A stretch of DNA of 64,000 nt, taken from the NCBI GenBank assembly GCA_963924565.1, contig OZ004610.1, positions 12,896,001 to 12,960,000 on the forward strand. The letters run 5' to 3'. Position numbers and translations under genes: made by a program. Of this stretch, positions 45,521-56,200 are shown piece after piece (the first letter of the stretch is position 1; each line of letters starts with the position of its first letter). The DNA comes from Ascidiella aspersa (Eukaryota). The notes under the pieces were generated by a model. The model searched no databases. It was not told the DNA's origin and worked only from the letters and a program-made list of their open reading frames with translations.

Positions 45521-48421
45521 ATGCAAGGAATTAACGTCCAAATAGGCGACAATGCTCAGCTGAGTCACAATATTGTTGGAGCAAGCAATGTTCAATATAA
45601 TGCAAGCTGTAAGTATTAGTTACATTTTGTTGAAAAGCAAGCAATTTACTAAAAATTGTAACTTGACATACATATTTTGATTATTGCTTTGAATGAATGT
45701 TGCCGTGTGTGAATGCGAAATGCGTGGATAACACTATAACACTGATTTTTCATAAAGCTGTATTTCAAAGTTGTGTTTAAATTTTGATTGTATAGAAGGA
45801 ATATTTTCTAGTCCGTACCATGTACATTCTGGCAGGATGATTTCAAGCTCTTGTAGAATGGGAAACAGGTTACCGATAAAACGCCAATTTGCTCCACATA
45901 TTTTTCTTATTTAATAACATTCTGGGGTTAAACTTCATTCAAGCCTTTATCTTAAAAAATTAAATTGAATCAACAATTCAATAAATTTTTGTAGCTTGCT
46001 TTGGGGATTTGATTTAAGTGTTTAGACAAATAGCTTGCTATTAAACGTCTTAATTTAACACATTTTGTGTTGAGTATATATAGTTTAGGGTTTAGGCGTT
46101 ACAGGTTTTAAATGTTAATTGTTTTAGTTTTGTCCATTTGATAGAATACTTGGTACATGTTAGTGAGGTTATCCATTAAAAACATTCATTTTGAATGCTA
46201 TTGACTTAAGTTAGACGAAGAATTAGGCTGTATCCCAGAGGTCGGCAAACTTTTTTTGTCACGGCTCAAAGTACTCTTAGCAGAGCTATTGAAGACGCAC
46301 TACGTAAAACCATTATGAAAACAGTGAAATATTACACCGCCCCCTCAAACACTGCTGTACCATAATGTAATCGTAAAACATACTATGAAACGAAGAGTAT
46401 ACGCACGAAGCGCGAAATTTTTCACTTACATATAGTTGGAGTGGCAAATAATATAGTTCGACAGGCTCTCAGGACTACATTTGGCACGTGGGCCTTTCTA
46501 AGCTGAGCCAATTTTAAAATTCTATTTCACACCAACTTTTAAAATAAAGTGCAATAATTGTACGGCTATCATGCGGTCCACAACTACATGATAACACTAA
46601 ACTATTCAAAATTAACTCGCGGCCCACGGTTTGCCGACCACTGCTGTAACCTAATTCAAATTTTGTTTGGTTTATGTCCATTGTTGTATCCACTGTAATC
46701 CTAGGCCAAGGGAGATTTTTTGAAGCAACAGCAACTTGTAACCACAAAAATTTCCAAAATAAAAATTGTTTACTATTCGAACAATTTAACTTTCCAAGAC
46801 CTGGACGATCATTGACCGTTCTGTCGAGAATGTTTAAGAGCTTCTAAGGTCTGCTGTATCTTGCTTCTTTTTCATTTAATAGTCCAAGGTCCAATGCCCG
46901 GGTTTGCCAATGCTATGGCTGAAAGGATTGATTCAACACCTCAGACTGTCGAACAACCCCAACCTAAACAGAATACAGAGATTTCAGGAGGAACGGAGGA
47001 TCAAGGCAAACCGAAAGTCATGCTCAGTTATCAATGGGATTCCTACGACACCGTTGAAAAGGTTAAAAAGAGTTGTGTCGTTAATAGGGTAAAACAGTTG
47101 TGTTTCGGGATGTCCGATACTTTATATTTTATTCCGATACCGATATCCGATATTTTGAACAATAAGTATCGCGATCTGATCCGATAGCTAATGACGTATT
47201 GCTATACTCCAATAAAAAAATGGGTTAAATTAATATATTCAAGCGGCCCTTTTTGTCGACGCTAATGACGTCTTGCTATATGTAAAATTAATACATTTAA
47301 ACGCGTCTTTTTCAAGGTCTTCAGGCCAAAATTTGCTTTAGGATTAATAAGTTTAGTTACCTCCAATTGTTAACTTACCATAATTAACGATACATTTACT
47401 TTTCAAGTTTGAACCGCTGCGTTGGATCGCAAGAAATTTTTAAGTTTGAAATTCCTATGTGAATTTGGTATCGGATCAGCACCAATATCACCCAAGTATC
47501 GGACAAGTAACGATACTACCACTAGGCGTCGGGTATCGGCTTCGATCAAATATTATCGAACATCCCCAGTAGATTTTTCTATACTATATAAAAACATCAA
47601 CGCCTTTACTAGATGATGTAAACCAGGGGTATTAGTAACACGCTTTTCGTAGGTCCTTTTTTGTATAGATATACAACAGGTTGGTGAGCAGAGGTTTATC
47701 AGTATGGATCGACAGAAAAAACATGGGCGATGACCTTTACAAGGGAATGCAAAACGGAGTAGATCAGTCTGACGTCGTAATAGTTTGCCTTTCAAAAGCC
47801 TACGAGGAAAGCGAAAACTGCATCCAAGAAGCAACCTTCGCGAAACAAAAAAGAAAAAAAATCATTCCGGTGTTTGTGGAGAAGAACTACAAGCCCAGTG
47901 GTGTTGTAGGTAATATATTGCAAAAGATACATTTTTGTTAGTGCGCTATTAATTAAATCGTTAAAAAAATGACGGGGTCATAAGCGTACAGCATTTTAAT
48001 TATTCGTCAGTTAAACTCAAATCTCTGTTTACGTTGTTATTTTAGGAACCTACCGTATGACGTTGCATGACTTCTTTTTGTTAAAGCGTAAACTAGGTCA
48101 CATGTTGTTAAAAACCTATGGAAGGGGCTACGATAAATTTAATTTTTACAAAACGGTTTAACAAAGCATAACAAAATTGTAAGATAAGCAATACTGTTTT
48201 ACGAACGTTTAACACTGTTGATTTGTACGCAAAAAGAAAATATTTATTCATGTTAACCTTGATACTCCTTAGATTTCATCATTGCCGGCAAGATATACAT
48301 TGATTTTACTTCTGGGCGATTTGAGGATAGTTTAACGAATCTACTGGCAAGAATAAGCAATCAAGCACCTCAACCAGACGTCAACCAAAAGAAGAGTTCG
48401 CAATCTTGCGTGATAATCTAA
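45521..48421 (+). CDS. TIR-domain (TIR_2-type) protein, 218 aa, with N-terminal RHIM-like motif and C-terminal CaaX box
   Basis: Four exons with matching phases (1, 0, 1): 45521-45608, 46883-47061, 47669-47909, 48273-48421, total 657 nt. TIR motifs: VMLSYQWDS, LVSRGLSVWID, VDQSDVVIVCLSKAYEESENCIQEATFA, KIIPVFV, IYIDF. The protein starts MQGINVQIGDNAQL and ends KKSSQSCVII*. Exons 2-4 are firm; exon 1 rests on its GTAAGT donor and phase match. Confidence 0.85.
46236..46643 (+). mobile_element. hAT (Buster/Charlie-like) MITE in intron 1 of the TIR gene; same family as 52869-53476
   Basis: TIRs CAGAGGTCGGCAAAC...GTTTGCCGACCACTG. TSD CTGTATCC/CTGTAACC (7/8). Internal blocks (AACGAAGA.TATACGC..., AATATAGTT.GACAGGC) are shared with the 52869 copy. 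Confidence 0.85.
47105..47568 (+). mobile_element. Non-autonomous DNA transposon (hAT-like) in intron 2 of the TIR gene
   Basis: TIRs GGGATGTCCGATA...TATCGAACATCCC, with multiple CCGATA/TATCGG subterminal repeats. Homologous to 2068-2425. Confidence 0.7.
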
Positions 48422-50232
48422 CAGAAAATAAAAATAAACGATTTGCTTGACTTTCTCCTATACATGAAAGTAACGACCGTGACCGTTATGTTTTGCGCAT
48501 ATTTGGTTTAAAATTCTCGACCCGTTGCTATAGTTCAATCTCAAGGCGAAAATTATTTATTGGTACTATTAAATTAACTGAGAGAAAAGATTGCATTTTG
48601 TTTGTCATTAAATTTGTGTTGATGTAAATGGTTAAATGCTATGTCTTGATTAACGGATACTTACCATAATGTAGCTATTTGCCGCTTATGGTACATTAAC
48701 ATTTTTTTGTTCTTGTTTTTTCTTATTTATAAATACAAGAATATCCATGCTGATAGCAATGTGCATCCTACAGATATATGTTGGGGTGTAGTCTAGCAAA
48801 TTTTAACGTTGAACGATTGCAAAAATTTCCTAACGTAGCATTTCAGATGCAGTAAAGCCAACGCTTAAATCACTGAAAATAATTTGTTGCTGGACGGATT
48901 CCGTTCTTGAAACGTTAAGTGGCAAAAATGTAAATGTTAGGCTTCCGCTTTAATATCGGAAAATACGATAAAACTACGAAAAGTGTTAAAACTACGAATC
49001 AAAATCCGATTAAACTACGTTATTTCAAGTGCAACATCGGCATTTTATACGTTTTTAGTTTAGAGAGTAGCAATATGCGCTTACATGTGGGGTCATAAAA
49101 TAATACAATTCTGGTATTATTTATCAATCGTATAAGTTTTTTTTATTTTATGGTTAAAAGTTTCAACTTGGCAATCGTTTAAATAATTGTTGTGACTTTT
49201 GTTATAGGTATGTTAACGACCACCTACAGTGAAAAATAAATAGTGAGCCCATTACTGGTAAATAGCATTTCATAAGTTTAACATAAATACAAACAAATAA
49301 TGTAACTTAGCGTTATTATTTTAGATCCCAGTTGGAAGTCTACCTCGCTGCAGTTTATTAAAACAACAGCCAGTAACACAACAAGTTAAAATGGCAAGAA
49401 AAAAGAGGCTGTCCACGATATTTGTTTAAAAAAAAGTTAAAGATGGCATTACAAAATTACGTCATTACTTAACGTAAAATAAGTAACCTTTAATGCCGAC
49501 TGTGCCTGGAACACCTGGTGCATTTTCTTGGATACAACGGACATATTGCCATGACGTACAAAACACCGGGTAAAATTTCTGAACTAGATCAAGATTGCCA
49601 AAGTTGCATTTTGGAAAGAATCTACGTCCCTCCGGCGCTCGCTTATGTACTTTGACTGATATACATACACAATTAGCTGATTAAGTTTTTTGATTTCTTC
49701 AAAACAATGTATGCGATTAGGGCCCATGTTTATCAAGACTTTCCCAGAGATCCAGGTTAATTATTCTATTTCCGCCTGAACAACTTTTAAAAACATAAAA
49801 GAACTCCAAGCGGTTAGATAAGACAAATAATTCCTTCCGCGGCGTGGCAGTAAAAGTTTCCTAACTCCCAAGGCAGTGTCGTCCCATGACGTCATCAAAC
49901 TTCTTCGATATATTTTGGTCAAGCCCGAGGGATTTCACGTTGGTATTTACCTCACTATTGTTAACAGTTAACTTTAGACTCTGTTGTTGGCCGATGATAG
50001 TTAATATGTAGCATGTATCTAAATATATATATAGCCGAAGCGAAAGGAGAAAGTGGTTGCCATTAAAGGTTTGTGGTAAAACAACATAGAAAAAGGTTAG
50101 CTTACAAAGTTTGAAATAGTAACGTTTTGTCATTTAGGCATCATTCTAGCCGTGGTGTGGCACAGACATCACGCTTAATTTTATCGCCGTTACCTGGTTT
50201 CTATAGGCAGTTCGGTTTACGAGTTGGGCAAA

Positions 50233-53200
50233 ATGCGCCACAATAATCATTGGAATCTCGTGCTTCTCATTGTGTTGGGACTGGCTGCCTGCAAGTTCAC
50301 ACTTGCTGATGAGAACGCCGAAGAAGGTTTGTTATTCTGGACAATTAATACAATTTTAAGAGCACATGTAGTGTATAAGGCAATGGTGATTCTTGAACTA
50401 TCTGCCGTGGCATAAAAGTGTGCCATGAGATTCGTAAAAAAACGTGTGTCGAAGTTTTTGAATTTTGGAAAATAGCATTGTATGATAAACAATCATTTAA
50501 GCAAGCACGTTAAACCTGAATGTACACTATTTATTAGAAAACTTATAATATTATGGCATTCACCTATACCATTGCCAATTATAAAAGCGATTTTTAAGTT
50601 ACAATTTTTTGTTGTTTTGTAAAAAAAATGCTCCGCGAATATTTTCTTAATTTTTTTACTGTACCGCAAGCAAAAAAAGGTTTAAGAACAACTGCGCTGT
50701 AAAGTAAAATCAACCCTGTCGGGAATATTATTTTCGCTTAAAAGAAAATTGGTATAGAAAGTGAGGTGAGAATGGAAATTTTGGGTTTGTCGTTACTTTG
50801 GTTTATAAATAATTTTGTTAAAGAATCGAACACAAACTAAGTTAAATCTTCACGTATTAATTGGATATTCGATAAATTGTGGATAAAACACTTCCCTGAC
50901 AGACGAAAAACACTTCCCTGACAGATCCCTTTGTCAGACGGCTGCGTCAAACAGACACCAAGTACCGATCACGCGCCGGTACAAACAGCGGTCGCAATTA
51001 TCCAAGCGATTTGTCTCAAGAAGATTGAAGGCTTGACGCCAACCCTCGAAGGATATTCGGTTAGACGAGGTGTAGTTCTGGTTTCTAAGTAGCGGATTGG
51101 AGATTCAAAATTAGACATTTCCCCACGGGCGTATGAGGCTTGTTTGATGAGGAAATACACTCGCCCGACGTTCCTTGCATTTAAACCTAAGAGAATGCCT
51201 TGGTTTTGGCGTCCCGCGTTCGCCTAATATCCGCCTTGTAACTATCAATCAGTCTGCTGGCAGCGGAAAAGGCTGAAATAAACTCGACCTTGATTGGGCG
51301 TTGAGGCGTAAATGAATTTGAAAATGACATATGGCTTTTGAGAGGACCAATCTTGGTTCGCGCTTCTATTGGTTTTTAAAAGGTATACACGTTGAAAAGG
51401 TTTGCGAAACATCAACATTGTGCTCCGATTGCTTTAAATTTATTCCACGCCATGTAAACGCCTGTTCATGCAGTTCCTGTGACTTAAAATACTTTAGGAA
51501 TGGTGTTTTATTGAAGAGAAACTACGATGCGGCTATCTGGTTTATCGTTATTTCTGCACACACCCGTAACTAAAAGTATAGTCACACTTGTGATTTATGT
51601 AAATTCTCCAAAAGTGCACTTGTTAATGTTAAGCATCACGAACCTGGTAATTTTCAAAAAGATTGTTATAATATGAATCCTAAATCGGTTAAAATCCTTA
51701 ACATGCCAACGCGACATTCTATCGGCAAGATCGAAACAGGCCAGATGACGTGACCTCTGGAAAAGGCCGGCACCATTTTTCTTCCGGTTTGTTTATCGTT
51801 TATATTGGCAAATCGCAGGGCTTTTCTACGAAGAGCTACATCCTTGTTGTTTCCGCGTTACTGTATGCGTCGGGCATCACCACATTAAGGAACCCAAGTA
51901 GGATAATTAACATTAAAAGTGGGGTGTGGGAAAAGGGTCCGGCCGGGCTAGTGTAGGCCGGCCAGTTCAACCTGCGGTCGAGCGAAAATGAAACGGTGGC
52001 GAGGTCGCATCGCGAGCCCGACGGGGCGCCGGTCCGCCGTGCCCGCGCGCCTTCCGTAAACAAGAATTTCGCCGAAAATCTGTTTTTGTTGGACGACGTT
52101 CGGTTCGCGTAAAGATTGGAATCAGGTCGTCGTTCGGCCGGCGGCTGAAAAAGTCGTCGCAGGCCACGGAATGAACCCGGTCTTCTTCTGTCCCTTCCGC
52201 CGTCTTTCGTACTATCCTAGATGTATTTAGGCTTAAAAAAGCTATTCATCTGGAGTTTTACATTTGTTAAGTAGTTTTGCTCAGTGCTTCCCAACCTTTT
52301 ATAGTTTGCGATCCACTTTTAATGAAAGTTTTATTGTGCGACCCACAATGAGGTATGACCAAACAAATAAAGTTGCATAAAACCTGCATCTTTACTACTG
52401 ACGTACGTATGCTGAAATAGTTATTGCGACACAACACATTTAATTGTTACGTATTTGTGATGTTGATGCATAAATGTTACGTAATGGTAATGCAATAAAA
52501 AAAAATTTCCCGATCTAATAGAAAACTGTAACATTAAGAGAAGCTTTGCGCCCCACCACTGAGCCTCGACCCACTGGTGTGAAGCACTGGTTTAGCTGAT
52601 TGCGTGCTGCTGTTTGTTTCTTCTAAAACAGTTATTAATGGCGATTGCATGTTAAAGCTCATGCAAGTTTGAGTAGGGCCTAACGTTATTTAAAAAACGG
52701 ACATTTCGTAATTTAAAATTCATTCACATTAAACACAATAGAAAAAAATATAAAAGTATACAAGCCTGAATAGAATTTCGCCTGAACTATTGCAAAATTA
52801 GCAACACTTTAATTTGTTTGTTTTTAGCTTGTGCATATCATTTATTTAGGCATATAGACGGCTTACGGCAGTGGTCGGCAAACTGTTTTTTGTCGCGGCC
52901 TAAAATAGTATTCGTTTCAGAGGTATTGACGGCCCACTATACGTAAAACGGGGGTGGCTCGAGGATATTTGTTTTGAGCTGGAGGCATTAAAATGGCGTC
53001 ACAAAGTTGCATCATAAAACAATTGTTTGTTTTTAGAAAATTAGAAAAAAAAATGCATTTTGCAGGGAGACTAAGTGCACACAGCGTTAGGCTTTTGACA
53101 CCAAGCAATGGTGAAATATTACACGTCGCCATGATGCCGAAAACACTGCGACGCCATAATGTATAATTGTATAACATAGGCCTACCATAAAACGAAGAAT

Positions 53201-56200
53201 ATACGCGAAGCGCGAAAAAAATTACATAGTCAAAGTTCGCAAAAAATATAGTTGGACAGGCACTCTCAGGGACACATTTGATACGCTGGCTTGAACCACA
53301 CTTGAGACAATATAAAAATTCCAACTTAAAATACCTTGCAATAAATCTACGCGTACGACTATCACGCGGCCCACGAATACATGATAAAACTAAAATACTG
53401 AAAAGTATCTCTCGGCCCACTAAAAATGGCTCTGTGCCCCACATTTGGGCCGCGGCCCACAGTTTGCCGACCACTGGCTTACGGCATATAGACGACTTGA
53501 CGTAACGCCGGAGCAAAACGATCATCGACATTTTATTGACGCCCTATAACCAAATAAACTTTTATTGATGACTATTATACAGACCAAAAATCTGCGAGGA
53601 GAATCATGATTTAAGAAATGTCAGAACTTCCGTTTCCACGTACTATGTGAAAAACATTCAATTACCAAAAAAAACGTCTATATAAACTATTTATATTTTT
53701 CGATTAAAAGAGTCTTTTAATATTACTATAAGATCTTATCAAATATTATTTCTTAGTTGTGCCTATAAGTAGTGTAGAATCTTATGATTTGGAATTCACT
53801 TTGATGACGCTGTGCGCTATGTTTTAATCGATTGTTCATATTTGTTCTCACAAATGTAAAGCCTGTTTTTGTAGACTGGGCGACAATGTCGTTATAGTCT
53901 GTTTTAATACCTACGCTTTCCGTTTGATCAAACATCTGCGACAAGCATGCAGTTAATTCTTCGGCAGCGTTATTTTTAAATACAAACCATTATTGTGTGT
54001 AAAAGGATGACATTTGGTCCACAGAGGAGTGTGTACCGGACGTCGACCTGATTTTGTTGCTGGACGGATCAAGTTCGGTAGGCACCGCCGACTTCCAGCT
54101 GGTAAAGAAATGGGTGGTGGACCTAGCCGAGGGAATGCATATCGGACACGGGCACATACAAATCGGCGTGGTATGTCAAAATCACTTGATTATTATCAAA
54201 CACTATTTTTTTTACGTGTAACATGAAAAGTTATATACTCCTAGATTCGACGTGAAATTAATGGAAGATTTCGATGGCCAAAATAGCTAGACTTTTTGTC
54301 TGTTTTAACTTTCAAGAGGGTCGTTATTATAAAGATTATACAGACTTAACTATTTTTAGAGCAGCCTATTCTGGGACGAGTTTACCTCTAAACGTTAGGT
54401 CGGTTAATCTGAACTGATCCGCTTATCTGACCGTTAACGCACTGATTAGCATCTAAGCTGCATTGTTTCTTGGCAGAAAGGCGCTTTGAAGTCCGCTGAT
54501 TTGTGAACAATTGAAAGGTGGACGTTATTGGTTACATAGGGAGAGTTGCAAATCCAAAGATTTTCCGCCATAAAACGAGGATTACGGCTTAAAAATACCA
54601 TCTACATACCTATACGCTTCGTTTTAATTGAGAAATATTCATTATTAGCAAGTATTATTAGTTATGTTTTTATAAAATCCATACGACTTGTTTTCCCGTT
54701 TTTTCGCTTAACCAATGTTCAGCTAACTCTATCCTGAAAAATAATACTTTTAATCCCGTATAACATAGTTAAATTAGGCTATATTTAAAAGGGAAATACG
54801 TTGTTGCACCAGATATAAAGGTTTGTGCACTAAATTTTGGAACAAGTCAACGGTTAACCGCAGTGGATGTAAAACTGAGGGTAAAATACGATGTCATACA
54901 GTTTATTTATTTTAGCTACCAGCGCTAACCTTGCGTTTGCTGTAATGTTTTGGTTGAATGGCGAACAACAAGCTCTGGGCTGTCGTCAAATGCTCTATTC
55001 AGGATAAGAAATATATCAGGTTTCCACTGACCAGAATATCTGACATATTTTAGCCAAAAGCTTTATTATACCATTTAGTGTGCACGACAGACTTTTTATT
55101 AACACATTTATGTCCTATATTCATAGGCTTGGTTTAAAGCGATTTAAACCCCAAATTAGTTCGTTTTATTACAGCTACAAAAATCTAGTGATATGTTTAA
55201 TTTCTAGATCCAGTACTCGTACTACTACTCAAGAAGGCCTTTAACCAACCAAAGGTATATCGAGACCCACATTAAGCTTGGCGAATTCACCAACAAAACA
55301 ATTTTTGATGAAGCCGTTGAAGACATAAAGGTGATTCTTCAAGCTTTTTTACAAAGAATAAAAATTTAAAAACAGTAAACGTTGTTTGTGCGGCCTTTAT
55401 AACGCACATGCTAGGACTGCAAGTCATTATCACATATTTCATGTTTGTCAAAGAGATAAACAAACGATTGAATATTTTTTTTATTTAAATTCTACAGGAC
55501 GTTTATAAAAAAATCGCTTTTGTGTTTCTCTGTATGTTTAAAGAGATATTGAACACCTTGAGGGTTTCTTGCCTAGCAAAATGATGCCCTGTGGGCCCAA
55601 ATGGTGTGTTAAGAAAGTGTTTGTTATACTGTTATTATACGTCTCCAGCTTTCCACTATAAGAAGTACATAAATGGCACCTTCAATACCGCAAGACTATC
55701 CTTAAACAGCCTATTGGGCCAGAGGCAGTCTTAGAATGTATTTTTTAAAATAAATTTGAGGTTTGCATTTCTGGGATGAAAGTTAGGGAACAATTTTACA
55801 TATTTTAATACGTTGTTTTTACGTAACAAATACGATTAAAGCGTCAAAGTCCACATTTTATATTTAACTGTTTGTTATGAAAATGCTAATATCGAACATC
55901 ATTGGTTTCCCTGTAGCGTTTTTTGCGCGCGGTTCCTAATGATTTGTTCTCAATAGTACCAAGGCTACCAGACATTCACGGCCCATGCCATAAATAAAAC
56001 GCTCAACGTGGACTTCGTGAGCGACAAGAGTAGATACCCCAAGTCCAAACGGGTCTTGGTGCTTCTTACTGATGGAAAAGCAACCGATTCAAGGTGAGCA
56101 GTTTGATCTCACTCCTTCAACCCTGGTAACGACACGGGGCGATTGTACTTTCGAGCTGACAACTGCCTAATTTACAAACAGACTTTGTCTGGTCGTAGCA

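Noticed and set aside
52917-53531. 204-aa minus-strand ORF
   Set aside because: It lies almost wholly within the 52869-53476 MITE, has no transposase or other motifs, and is a chance ORF.
53583-53639. Possible extra exon in intron 1 of the VWA-LE gene
   Set aside because: In the required phase 1 it hits TAA, and exons 50326/54025 already join in frame.
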